NCBI RefSeq assembly: GCF_009914755.1
Contig: NC_060943.1
Length of the DNA stretch: 64,000 nucleotides
Source: the human T2T-CHM13v2.0 reference genome, Homo sapiens
Direction: 5' to 3' (one strand)
This document shows, in pieces, positions 1-21,189 of this stretch. Numbering within the stretch: position 1 is the stretch's first letter; every line of letters starts with the position of its first letter. A model generated the notes under the pieces. The model saw only the letters and a program-made list of their open reading frames with translations, searched no databases and was not told the origin of the DNA. A program made the position numbers and the translations under genes.

Positions 1-63
1 TGGGTGATAGTGGGAGACTCCACACCCTGAAAAGAAAGAAAAAAGGCCGGGCGCAGTGGCTCA

Positions 64-302
<239 letters not shown>

Positions 303-829
303 TCAAAAAAAAAAAAAAGAAAAGAAACTAAAAAAAAAAAAAAAAAAAAAAAAGGAATAGGAGCTCCAAGCAAAAGCTGGTACTTCTGACCACATAGCTA
401 TGCAAAGCCTTTATGATGAATACGGATTTATGCAGCCCCAGATTACTGAGGCTTAAACGGAGGGTCTCGGTCTGTCCAGACTCCCCCTTCTGCTGAGGGC
501 TCCCAATGCAACCTTAGGGACGTGCATTAGAGCCTTCAGCCACCTGTTTTGCATTTCTTAGTTTTTTTGGCTGCCCTGGGGGCCTCCGGGGTAGGGGACT
601 TTCCACTGGGCCACACCCACCTTGCCTGCAAACACAAGCATCAGTTTTTCCCCTGGTTTTCAACTTCTCCCAAAACCCAGTTCCTAACATTCCTCAGACC
701 CTGGCACTCATGTGTTCAGCAAACATGGGACCCAGCTTTAAAACACTCAGAGAGAAATCCCTGCCCTCCGGAGATGGCGGGCTGGAGAGGAAATAGCCAA
801 TCAAATATCTGCACAAATGGAAGCTCTCA

Positions 830-1556
<727 letters not shown>

Positions 1557-1582
1557 AAATAATAATAATATTAAAATAACGC

Positions 1583-1990
<408 letters not shown>

Positions 1991-2639
1991 CTAACAACAC
2001 ACAATGTGACCAGGCCCCAGAAACACCCTCTGCCCTGCCAAGGATAACCACCCTATCTCCTGACACAGATTTTTTTGTGTGGCCTATTTTTGAGCTTCTC
2101 ACACCTTGATGGTGCAGCACAGCCTCTTCTGGATCCAGCCTCTTCTTGTACTCAATGTTACCTAGAAGGATTTGTCCACTTTGTGGGTGGCTGACATTTG
2201 TGCATCCTCACTGCTGTGTTCTCTTTTTTTGAGACGGAGTCTCACTCTGGGTCCCAGGTTGGAGTGCAATGGTACAATCTCAGCTCACTGCAACCTCCGC
2301 CTCCTGAGCTCAGGCAAGTCTCCTGCCTCAGCCTCCCAAGTAGCTGGAACTAAAGGCACATGCCACCATGCCCGACTAATTTCTGTATTTTTAGTAGAGA
2401 TGGGGTTTCGCCATGTTGCCCAGGCTGGTCTTGAACTCCTGGCCTCCAGTGATCTGTCTGCCTCTGCCTCCCAAAGTGCTGGGAATACAGGCGTGAGGCA
2501 CCGCGCCAGGCCGCCCCAGGGGATTTTTTTTCCCCAGAAGATGTTGCCCAGGCTGGTCTGGAACTATAGGCTCAACTGGTCCCCCTACCACAGACTCCTG
2601 AGCAGCTGGTGTTACAGGCAGGAACCCATGCACCTGACT

Positions 2640-2844
2640 AACCTCCCGTGTGGATTCTGCTCCAAGGGGACACTTAGCAATGTCTGGGGATATGCATGGT
2701 TCTTACGACTTGGGGTGCTCCTGGCATAGAGTGGGTGGAGGCCAGGGATGCTGCTTAGCGCCCTAAAGTGCCCAGGACTGCCCCACCCTGGAGAAGGATC
2801 TGGCCCCAAATGTTGATGATGTTGAGGTTGCAATTGAAATCCTG
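2640..2844 (+). mobile_element. MER20 (hAT-Charlie MITE)
   Basis: AGGGGACACTTAGCAATGTCTGG...GAGTGGGTGGAGGCCAGGGATGCTGCT...GAAATCCTG resembles the MER20 consensus. Confidence 0.8.
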
Positions 2845-3055
2845 CCTCAATTATTTGGAAAAAACATTGAGATGCGAGAATAAACTCCCAGTGGGGTGAA
2901 CAGCATATATCAGGGAGACCCCAGCTCCCGGGATTCTCCTCCTCTCTCCCTCCCCACGCAGGGTGTGAATTTCAATGTGCGCAGCCTCCTGGGACCTCAG
3001 CAGGGCAGAGAATCGAGACACACAGTCTCTTGGAGGTCCGTGGAATCCCCTAACC

Positions 3056-3212
3056 CAGGGGGTCTCAGCCAAGGTCGATCCTGCCTCCCCAGGGGACACT
3101 GGCAATGTCTGGGGACATTTGTGCTTGCCCTGGCAGAATGGGTGCTGTTCAGCACCCTGCTCCAGATGGCCCCACCCAAGAGAATTATCTAGCCCAGTTG
3201 TCAACAGTGCTG
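3056..3212 (+). mobile_element. MER20, internally deleted
   Basis: CAGGGGGTCTCAGCC...CCCCAGGGGACACTGGCAATGTCTGGGGACATT...AAGAGAATTATCTAGCCC. Confidence 0.75.
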
Positions 3213-3284
3213 TGCTTTAGTAGCGCTGAACATAATTGTTTAAAATTATGAAATGCAGAAACTATTTCAGAGTTGCTATGCAGG

Positions 3285-3580
3285 TTGTATTCATTCATTC
3301 CACACATACTTATAGAGCAGTTTGTTTCTGCCAGGCATTAACTGAGGGACTGGGGACACAGACCTGGTGGGGCTGACATTCCAGTGAAGGTGACGGCAGG
3401 GAGGTGATGGGGCAGGTTGTGCACGGCATTGTGGGCCTCAGGGAAGACTGGCGCTTTTATCCAGAGGAAGGTGGGAGCCATAGAGGGCGGTGGGCAGAGA
3501 AGGGACAGGGTTTGACTCAGGTGCTCACACACGCCCTCTGCTGGCTGCTTTGGGGAGAACAGACTGTAGGTGGGAAGGGC
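3285..3580 (-). mobile_element. L2 3' fragment
   Basis: ATTCATTCATT tail and L2-like GGAAGACTGGCGCTTTTATCC...GGGAGCCATAGAGGG. Confidence 0.55.
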
Positions 3581-3772
3581 AGGAGGCTGAAATCAGCTGA
3601 AAAAAAGCGGCAGGTTCCCGCAGCTCAGGGTACCTTAGGGCACTGGAAACCCACTGTGTGAGCAGCTTGCACCTGGGCCCTTTGCACTGCCCCATGGGAC
3701 TTGGAGGACTTGGGGAACAGATGCCAACATGATGTTCATTTGGCCTGCTGTGGTGTGAGTTTGTTTGTTTAG

Positions 3773-3898
<126 letters not shown>

Positions 3899-4176
3899 TA
3901 ATTCTGTATTTTTAGGAGAGATGGGGTTTCTCCGTGTTGGTCAGGCTGGTCTCGAACTCCCGAACTCAGGTAATCTCCCCGCCTCAGCCTCCCAAAGTGC
4001 TGGGCTTAGAGGCGTGAGTCACCGCACCCGTCGGAGTCTATCTTTTCAAATCTCTTGGGTATATGCCCAGGAGTGGGATTGCTGCCTTGTTAATGTTTCT
4101 CAAACAGCCGGGAGCGGTGGCTCACGCCTGTAATCTCAGCATTTTGGGAGACCGAGGAGGGCGGATCACAATGTCA

Positions 4177-4423
<247 letters not shown>

Positions 4424-4782
4424 TTACCCTCCCAGGTAGAAAGTCCCTGCTGATGGGGTGCATCTGTTCAGCAGCGGTGTTGAGAGCTCAAGCTCTTTTT
4501 AACGCTTTGCCTTGCTGTCTCCAAAGTATTGCCTTCATCCTCATAGTTCAAAGTGTCCACCATCACATTCACGTTTCAGCCAATAGGAAGAAGGAAAGAG
4601 AAAAACAGGAAAAGAGTTTACATGCCACTCCTGCTATTGGTCAGAATGTGTCACGTGACCATACTCAGCTGCAAGGGTTGGTGGGAAATGTAGTCTTTTT
4701 TTCTGGGAGGCCATGTGTTCGGCTTAAAATTGTCTTTTTTTCTTTTTCTTTATTTCTTTTTTCTTTTCTTTCTTTTTTTTAG

Positions 4783-4890
<108 letters not shown>

Positions 4891-4929
4891 TAGCTGGGAT
4901 TACAGGCGCACACCACCACGCCCAGCTAA

Positions 4930-5235
<306 letters not shown>

Positions 5236-5704
5236 TGAGACAGAGTCTTGCTGTGTTGCCCAAGCTGCAGGGTGCAGTGGTGCATTCATAGCTCATTCTA
5301 GTCTTGAACTCCTGCGTTCAAGCAATCCTTCTGTTTCAGCCTCCATATTGGCAGGCACGCACCACCACATCCAGGTAATTTTTAAATTTTTTTAGAGTTA
5401 GAATCTCACTATGTCCCCGAGGCTGGTTTTGAGCTCCTAACCTCCAGGAACCCTCCTGCCTCTATCGATTTCTTTTATTTTATTTTTTGTAGAGACAGGG
5501 TCTTGCTGTGTTGCCCAAGCTGGTCTTGAACTCCTGGGTCCAAGGGATCCTCCTACTTCAGCTTCCCAAGGTGCCGGATGACAGGCATGAACCATTACAC
5601 TCAGCCAGTTTTTTTGTTTTCCTTTTCACAAAGCACCAAAGAAGAAGCACAGTTGTGTTGTTTGTTGTTTTTTTGTTTGTTTGGGGGTTTTTGGGTTTTT
5701 TTGA

Positions 5705-5833
<129 letters not shown>

Positions 5834-6025
5834 TAATTTTGTATTTTTTGTAGAAACGGGGTTTTTCCATGTTGATCAGGCTGGTCTCAAACTCCGGACC
5901 TCAGGTGATCCACCCGCCTTGGCCTCCCTAAGTGCTGGGAATACAGGCGTGAGCCAATGCACCCGGTCTAATTTTTGTATTTTTAGTAGAGACGGGGTTT
6001 CACCATGTTGGCCAGGATGGTCTCA

Positions 6026-6115
<90 letters not shown>

Positions 6116-6195
6116 TTAATTGAGATAGCGCAATCTCAGCTCACTGCAACCTCCCTTTCCCAGGCTCAAGCAATTCTCCTGCCTCAGCCTGTTGA

Positions 6196-7085
<890 letters not shown>

Positions 7086-7502
7086 TAGCCAGGATGGTCT
7101 CGATCTCCTGACCTCTTGATCCACCCACTTTGGTCTCCCAAAGTGCTGGGATTACAGGCAGGAGCCACCGCGCCCGGCCAATTTTTTATTTTTTGTAGAG
7201 ACAGGGCCTCCCTACGTTGCCCGGGTTAGTCTTAAACTCCTGGACTTAAGCAATCCTCCAGCCTTAGCTGCCCAAAGTAAGGGTATACAGGTGTGAGCCA
7301 CTGGGCCTGGCCAACATTTCTTATTCTGAAATAATTATAGATTCAAAGGGAGCTGCACATATAGGACAAACAGGTCCTACGTGCCTGTCACCAAGCTTCC
7401 CTCAGTGGTCACATCTTATGTACAACATCCGAACAAGAAATATGACATTAGTACAATGTGTGTATACATTTCCAAGTTATTGTAGCTGGACACTGTGGCT
7501 CA

Positions 7503-7616
<114 letters not shown>

Positions 7617-7651
7617 TTAGCTGGGGGTGGTGGCACATGCCTGCAGTCTCA

Positions 7652-8114
<463 letters not shown>

Positions 8115-8200
8115 TTACCTCCCTATTGTCACAACTATTCCCCTCCCCATGGCCCTGCCCTGATCCCTGGAAACAACTGACCTGTGTTCCAGCTCTATAA

Positions 8201-8568
<368 letters not shown>

Positions 8569-8818
8569 TGAGACCCTCTTGTCCTTTCTAAATTAATGGC
8601 AATATAATAATATTTCACAATTCCTGAGGGCTTACTGTGTACCAGACACTGAGCTAAATGCTTTATGGCCCTACAATCACCCTGTAAAATAGATACAATT
8701 TGTGGTGCCCAGCCTGCACGATTGTCCCAACGAATCTGCCCTCCTGACATCCGGGTATGACCTGCTCACATTGAACAGGGCTGAGCTTTATAGGATGTTT
8801 TGAAAATGGGAGCGTGCA

Positions 8819-9159
<341 letters not shown>

Positions 9160-9202
9160 CTATACAAGACATCGTGGCAGGTCCCAGTAGCTCACATCGT
9201 AA

Positions 9203-9531
<329 letters not shown>

Positions 9532-9678
9532 TGATCCACCCGCCTCAGCCTCCCAAAGTGGTGGGATTACAGGCGTGAGCCACCGCGCCTGGCCCTCCAG
9601 AAACCTTTTTTAATAAGCTGGGCATGATGGTGCACCCGTGTAGTCTCAACTACTTGGGATGCTGAGGCAGGAGGGTCA

Positions 9679-10450
<772 letters not shown>

Positions 10451-10785
10451 TAGTAGAGACAGGGTTTCACCGTGTTAGCCAGGATGGTCTCAATCTCCTG
10501 ACCTTGTGATCTGCCCGCCTCGGCCTCCCAAAGTGCTGGGATTACAGGTGTGAGTCACCACGCCCGGCCATACCTGGGTATTTTTAAGATTGTTGAAGAG
10601 ATGGGGTCTATGTTGCCCAGGCTGGTCTTGAACTCCTGAGCTCAAGCAATCCTCCTGCCTCAGCCTCCCAAAGTGCTGGGATTCTAGGCCTAAGCCCCGG
10701 CGCCCAACCTGTCCCCCAATTAGATTATATTTGTTTATACAATCTGTTTTATTTATTTATTTACTTATTTATTTTATTTTTTTGA

Positions 10786-11102
<317 letters not shown>

Positions 11103-11229
11103 TGATAATACATTGCTATGTTTTGAAATACATATATACAAACGTGCACACAACTTTATTTAAATTTAAGATGCTTTTAATATTCAGCTAACACCAAATT
11201 CACAATTTGATACTTTTTTTTTTTGGTAA

Positions 11230-11334
<105 letters not shown>

Positions 11335-11802
11335 TGAGTAGCTGGGATTACAGGTGCGTGCCACCACGCCCCAGTAATTTTTTTTGTATTTCTAGTAGAG
11401 ACAGGGTTTCACCATGTTGGCCAGGCTGGTCTCAAACTCCTGACCTCATGATCCACCCGCCTCGGCCTCCTAAAGTGCTGGGATTACAAGCTTGAGCTAC
11501 CGCGCCCAGCTCATAGGTATTTTTGCCCAGGAAACAACTCCATTTACTTAAGTGCAAAACGGGAGTAACTATCTGTATCTATATCTACCTCTCTCCATCT
11601 ATCTCTATGTATCTTACATAACAGTGGAGGTGGTTTGTGAATTTTGTCAGAATTGCAAAGGATCTGATTTAGAACTGATGAATTCTGTCCTAAAACAGGC
11701 TGTAAAGCTTTAAATTGGTCGTGTGGGGATTTTCCATAGCCTCCCTCTCCTCTTTCTTGTCTGTCTACCTCCCATCAGTGTCTGAACATGTTCTGTATTT
11801 AG

Positions 11803-11982
<180 letters not shown>

Positions 11983-12245
11983 TAGAGATGGGTTTTCACC
12001 ATCTTGGCCAGGCTGGTCTCGAACTCTGGGCCTCAGGTGATCCGCCCATGTCAGCCTCCCAAAGTGCTGGGATTACAGGCGTGACCCACCACGCCGGGAC
12101 CTTTAATTAGCTTTTGATTTTGTTTGTTGTTGATCTCCCTCCTGGAATGCCAGTTCCACGAGGACAGGGAATTTTGCCTGTTGTGGTCACCACTGTGTCT
12201 GAGCATCTCTAACAAAGACTAGCAAGCTACAGCCCTCAGCCCTAA

Positions 12246-12446
<201 letters not shown>

Positions 12447-12539
12447 TAGCCAGGATGGTCTCGATCTCCTGATCTCGTGATCTGCCCGCCTCGGCCTCCC
12501 AAAGTGCTGGGATTACAGGCATGAGCCACTGCGCCCAGC

Positions 12540-12573
<34 letters not shown>

Positions 12574-13043
12574 TTTTGAGACAGAGTCTCTCTCTGTCAC
12601 CCAGGCTGGAGTGCAGTGACACAATCACGGTTCACTGCTGCCTGGAACTCCTGGGCTCAAGCCATCCACCTGAGTAGGTAAGACTGTAGGCGTGCACCAC
12701 CATGCCTACTTAATTTTTTATTTTTTGCAGAGAGAGGATCTCATTATGTTGCTCAGTCTGGTGTAGAAATCCTGTGTTCAAGCAGTCCTCCTGCCTGGAT
12801 CTCCAAAAGTTCTGGGATTACACACCCGACCCACAGCACCCGGCCTTCTTTCTCTTTTAAATGTTCAAACAAAAGCATAATAATAACATGACATGTGAAA
12901 ATACGTAAGATTGAAATTTCTGTGTTTATGAAGTTCTACTAGCATACAGGCCTGGCTCAGTGGTTCACACCCGTAATCCCAGCATTTTGGGAGGTCCAGG
13001 AGGGCAGATCACTCGAGGTCAGGAGTTCAAGACCAGCCTGGCC

Positions 13044-13725
13044 GGGGGCAGCCCCCGCCCGGCCAGCTGCCCCGTCCGGAAGGGAGGTGGGGGGCAGCCC
13101 CCGCCCGGCCAGCCGCCCCGTCCGAGAGGTGGGGGGCGTCTCTGCCCGGCCGCCCCGTCTGGGAAGTGAGGAGCCCCTCTGCCCGGCCGCCACCCCGTCT
13201 GGGAGGTGTACCCAGCAGCTCATTGAGAGCAGACCATGATGACGATGGCGGTTTTGTCGAATAGAAAAAGGGGGAAATGTGGGGAAAAGAAAGAGAGGTC
13301 AGATTGTTACGCTGTCTGTGTGGAAAGAAGTGGACATAGGAGACTCCATTTTGTTCTGTACTGAGAAAAATTCTTCTGCCTTGGGATGCTGTTAATCTAT
13401 AACCTTACCCCCAACCCCGTGCTGAAACATGTGCTGTGTCCACTCAGGGTTAAATGGATTAAGGGCGGTGCAAGATGTGCTTTGTTAAACAGATGCTAGA
13501 AGGCAGCATGCTCGTTAAGAGTCATCACCACTCCCTAATCTCAAGTACCCAGGGACATAAACACTGCGGAAGGCCGCAGGGTCCGCTGCCTAGGAAAACC
13601 AGAGACCCTTGTTCACATGTTTATCTGCTGACCTTCCCTCCACTAGTGTCCTATGACCCTGCCAAATCCCCCTCTCCGAGAAACACCCAAGAATGATCAA
13701 TGAATACTAAAAAAAAAAAAAAAAA
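13044..13725 (+). mobile_element. 5'-truncated SVA (VNTR end, SINE-R and poly-A) inserted in an Alu
   Basis: GC-rich SVA VNTR units, HERV-K LTR-derived SINE-R, A tail, TSD AAGACCAGCCTGGCC at 13029-13043 and 13726-13740. Confidence 0.93.
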
Positions 13726-13947
13726 AAGACCAGCCTGGCCAACATGGTGAAACCCCGTCTCTGCTAAAAATACAAAAATTAGCTGGGCCTGGTGGCGTGC
13801 GCCTGTAGACTCAGCTACTCAGGAGGCTGAGGCAGGAAAATCTTTTTTACCTGGGAGGCGGAGGTTGCAGTGCACCGAGATCAGGCCCCTGCACTCCAGC
13901 TTGGGCAACAGAGCAAGACTTTGTCATAAATAAATAAATAAAATAAA

Positions 13948-14440
13948 ATAAAGTTTTACTAGCACACAGCCATGCTCATTTGTTTTTCTTTTTTCTTTTC
14001 TTTTCTTTTTTGAGACGGAGCCTCGTTCTGTCGGCCAGGCTGGAGTGCAGTGGTGTGATCTCGGCTCACCACAACCTCCGCCTCCCGGTTCAGGCGATTC
14101 TCCTGCCTCAGCCTCCCAAGTAGCTGGGACTATAGGTGTGCACCACCACGCCCTGCTAATTTTCGTATTTTTAGTAGAGATGGGGTTTCACCATATTGGC
14201 CAGGCTGGTCTCAAACTCCTGACCTCATGGTCCGCCTGCCTCGGCCTCTCAAAGTGCTGGGATTACAGGCGTGAGCCACCGCTCCCGGCCAGCCATGCTG
14301 ATTTGTTTATTTATAGTCTACGGTTTCTTTTGCCCTTAGATGGCAGAGTTGAGTAATTGCTCTAGACATTATATGTGGTCCAAAAGCAGAAAATAGTTAT
14401 TTCCTGGATCTCTACAGAAAACGTTTGCAGATCCCTGAAC
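13948..14440. mobile_element. MER58 fragments split by an Alu
   Basis: AAAGTTTTACTAGCACACAGCCATGCTCATT...CTCTACAGAAAACGTTTGCAGATCCCTG. Confidence 0.6.
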
Positions 14441-15325
14441 CAAAACAGTGCCTTGTATACAGTAGGTGCTTGATAATACAGAAAGATTATTGTTTGCATG
14501 TCTTTTTAATTTTTTATTTTTGAGACAAGGTCTTGCTCTGTTGCCCTGGCTGGAGTGCAGTGCCACTATCACAACTCACTGCAGCCTCGACCTCCTGGGC
14601 TCAAGCAATCCTCCTGCCTTGGCCTCCCAAAGTGCTGAGATTATGAGCGTTAAGCTACTGTGCCTGGTCATTACTTGTATATCTGATGTAAGAAGGGGAG
14701 GTGTTTTAGCCTTTGGAGACAGCTGGATGCAGATTAAGACAGTGGTTTAGGCTGGGCATGGCAGCTCAAGCCCGTAATCTCAGCAGTTTGGGAGGTCAAT
14801 GTAGGAAGATGGTTTGAGGCCAGGAGTTTGAGACCAGCCTAGGCAGCAGAGTAAAACTCCCCCTCCCAAATCTACAAACAAACAAACAAAAAAACAAAAC
14901 AAAACAAAAAAAGGCCAGATGTGGTGGCTCATGCCTATAATCTCAACATTTTGGGAGGCCAAGGCAGGTAGATCACTTGAGGTCAAGAGTTCGAGACCAG
15001 CCTGGCCAACATGGCAAAACCCCGTCTCTATTAGAAATACAAAAATTAGCTGGGTGTGTTGGCACGAACCTCTAATCCCAGCTACTCAGGAGGCTGAGGC
15101 AGGAGAACAGCTTGAACCCAGGAGGCGGAGGTTGCAGTCAGCCAAGATTGCACCCAGCCTGGGTGACGGAGTGAGACTCTGAATCCAAAAAAAAAAAAAA
15201 AAAAAAAAAAAAAAGATAGTGGCTTAGCCAATGCCTGGGCAGGTGTTCCCATCTGATACTGGCTTTCATCATCACAGAATGGGGGCTGATACAGACGCAG
15301 CTAACATGGAAACACCTTATTCTGA

Positions 15326-15667
<342 letters not shown>

Positions 15668-15827
15668 TAGAGAGCATCCTGAGTCCCTCCTGATCCACCC
15701 TTCAGGTTCAACAATTGGCAACACATATATTCCATTTTGTTTTATTTTTCTCCCTCAATACTCTCCCCATTATTTCTTTTCTTTTTTTTTTTTTGAGACA
15801 GAGTTTCGCTCTTGTTGCCCAGGCTAG

Positions 15828-15947
<120 letters not shown>

Positions 15948-17336
15948 TAGTAGAGACAGGGTTTCTCCACGTTGGTCAGGCTGGTCTCAAACTCCTGACT
16001 TCAGGTGATTCGCCCGTCTCGGGCTCCCAAAGTGCTGGGATTACAGGCGTGAGCCACAGTGGCCAGCCTCTTCCTGTTATTTCAATGCAAATCCTATACC
16101 ATTTCTTCTGTAAATATGCTTGGCAGTTATTTGTAACTGATAAGGACTCTTCATTGATTTATTATAATTATTTTAGAGACAGGGTCTAGCTATCACTCAG
16201 GCCAGAGTACAGTGGTGCTATCATAGCTCACTGCAGCCTCAAAGTCCTGGGCTCCAGTGATCCTCCTGCCTCAGTCTCTGGAGTAGGTGGCACTAAAGGT
16301 ATGTGCCTCCATGGCCAGCTAATTTAAGAAAAAATTTGGGGTCAGGCGCGGTGGCTCACGCCTGTAATCCCAGCACTTTGGGAGGCCGAGGCGGGCGGAT
16401 CACGAGGTCAGGAGATCGAGACCATCCTGGCTAACACAGTGAAACCCCTTCTCTACTAAAAATATAAAAAATTAGCCAGGCGTGCTGGCAGGTGCCTGTA
16501 GTCCCAGCTACTCAGGTGGCTGAGGCAGGAGAATGGCGTGAACCCTGGAAGTGGAGCTTGCAGTGAGCCGAGATCGTGCCACCCAGCCTGGGCAACAGGG
16601 CAAGACTCTCTCAAAAAAAAAAAAAAATGGGGGGGGAGCTGGGCGCAGTGGCTCACACCTGTAATCCCAGCACTTTGGGAGGCCGAGGAAGGCAGATCAC
16701 CTGAGGTCCAGAGTTGGAGACCAGCCTGGCCAACATGGTGAAACCCCGTTTCTGCTAAAAATACAAAAATTAGCCGGGTGTGGTAGCACGCGGCTGTAGT
16801 CTCAGTTAGTTGGGAGGCTGAGGCAGAAGAATTGCTGGAACCAAGGAGACGGAGGTTGCAGTGAGCCGAGATCACGCCATTGCACTGCAGCCTGGGTGAC
16901 AGAGCCAGACTCCATCTCAAAAAAATAATAATAATTTTTTTGTAGAGATGGGGATCTCGTGTTATTTTGCCCTGGCTGGTCTCAAACTCTTGGGCTTAAG
17001 CAATCCTCCTGCCTCAGCCTCCTAAAGGGCTGGGATTATAGGCTTGAAGCAGGCACCCAGCCCAAAACATATTTTAAAACACAGACACAGTACCATGATT
17101 ACACAGAACCTTCAAACCACAAGGGTTGCAGGAATCTACAAGTGAGACAAAATTTCTCTCAACTGCCAAGCACGCTGTCTCATGCCTGTAATCTCAGCAC
17201 TTTTGGGAGATTGAGGCAGGTGGATCATTTAAGGTCAGGAGTTCAAGACCAGCCTGGGCAACATGGCGACACCCCGTCTCTACTAAAAATACCAAAATTA
17301 GCTGAGTGTGGTGGCGCCCGCCTGTAATCGCAGCTA

Positions 17337-17543
<207 letters not shown>

Positions 17544-17902
17544 TTATACTAACATCAACGCCCAGGTTTTGACAACATAACATGGCTATGTAAAACTTTT
17601 TTTGAATCTTTTTTTTTTTTTTTTTTTTGAGATGGAGTCTCGCTCTGTCACCCAGGCTGGAGTGCAATGGCGCAATCTCAGTTAACTGCAACCTCCGCCT
17701 CCTGGGTTCAAGCTTTTTGTTTGTTTGTTTGTTTTACATGGAGCGTTGCTCTTGTTGTCTGGGCTGGAGTGTGATGGCACAATCTCGGCTCATTGCAACC
17801 TCTGTCTCCTGGGGTCAAGCGATTCTCCTGCCTCAGCCTCCTGAGTAGCTGAGCTTACAGGCTCCCGCCACCATGCCCAGCTAATTTTTGTATTTTTAGT
17901 AG

Positions 17903-18196
<294 letters not shown>

Positions 18197-18286
18197 TGAG
18201 GCTGGCAGATCCCTTAAGGTCAGGAGTTCGAGACCAGCCTGGCCAACACGGTCAAACCTCGTCTCTACTAAAAATACCAAAAATTA

Positions 18287-18664
<378 letters not shown>

Positions 18665-19234
18665 TCAGCAGGGCCGGAATGAAGGTAAGACTCATACGTG
18701 CAATGGCAGAGCTGGGGTTTTGCTGTCAATGGACAACATTTCAACAAATCTAAGGACCTTAACCGGCTTCATTGCAATTTGCTACACTTCATTCCATAAA
18801 ATAGGATAACTGTTCCAATCAGTTGGGCAGAGGAGGTTGGCTCTACAGGAAGAGAGGGGTTGTAGAGAGCAAAATCAAAGAACAGGCTGGGCGGGGTGGC
18901 TCATGTCTGTAATCCCAGCACTTTGGGAGGATCCCCGAACTCGGAAGTTTGAGAGCAGCCTGGGCAACTTGGCAAAACCCCATCTCGACAAAAAATACAA
19001 GAATTAGCCAGGCGTGGTGGTGTGCACCTGTAGTCCCAGCTACTCAGGAGGCTGAGGTGGGAAGATCACCTGAGCCCGGGCGGTTGAGGCTGTAGTGAGC
19101 CATGACTGAGCCACTGCACAACAACCTGGGAGACAGAAACCTATCTCAAAACCAACAGCAACAACAACAACAAAAACCCAACAGCAAAGAATGTGTTAAC
19201 TCATTAGTGTTACCATCAGGTTGTTTCAGGCTAG

Positions 19235-19444
<210 letters not shown>

Positions 19445-19762
19445 TAGCCAGGGTGGTCTCGATCTCCTGACCTCGTGATCCACCCGCCCTGGCCTCCCAA
19501 AGTGCTGGGATTACAGGCGTGAGCCACCACACCCGGCCAGGCTAGTTTTTTTGTGTAAGGATTAAAGAAATTAAGCAGAGGGAATTTTAGGACATTGGCC
19601 ACTGAAGGCTTAAACTGGCCTGTTTGGAAAATTGGTTGGCCGGATCATCTAAGGTCAGTAGTTCTCGACTAGTCTGGCCAACATGGCGAAACCCCGTCTC
19701 TACTAAAAATACAAAAAAATTAGCCGGGTGTGGTGGCGGGCACCTGTAATTCCAGCTACTCA

Positions 19763-20056
<294 letters not shown>

Positions 20057-20335
20057 CTAGCACAAGAGTTTAGTCTAAAACAACCGCCTCCTATAATTTT
20101 GTCGCCCAGGCTGGAGTGTAGTGGCATGATCAAAGCTCACTGCAGCCTCCAACTCCTGGGCTCAAGCGATCCTCCTGCCTCAGCCTCCTAAGTAGCTGGG
20201 ACCACAGGCGCACACTCCTACGTCTGGCTCTTTACTTAAAATTTTGGTATTTCAGGCCGGGTGCGGTGGCTAACACCCATGATCCCAGCACTTTGCGAGG
20301 CCGAGGCCGGTGGATCACCTGAGGTCAGGAGTTCA

Positions 20336-21189
<854 letters not shown>

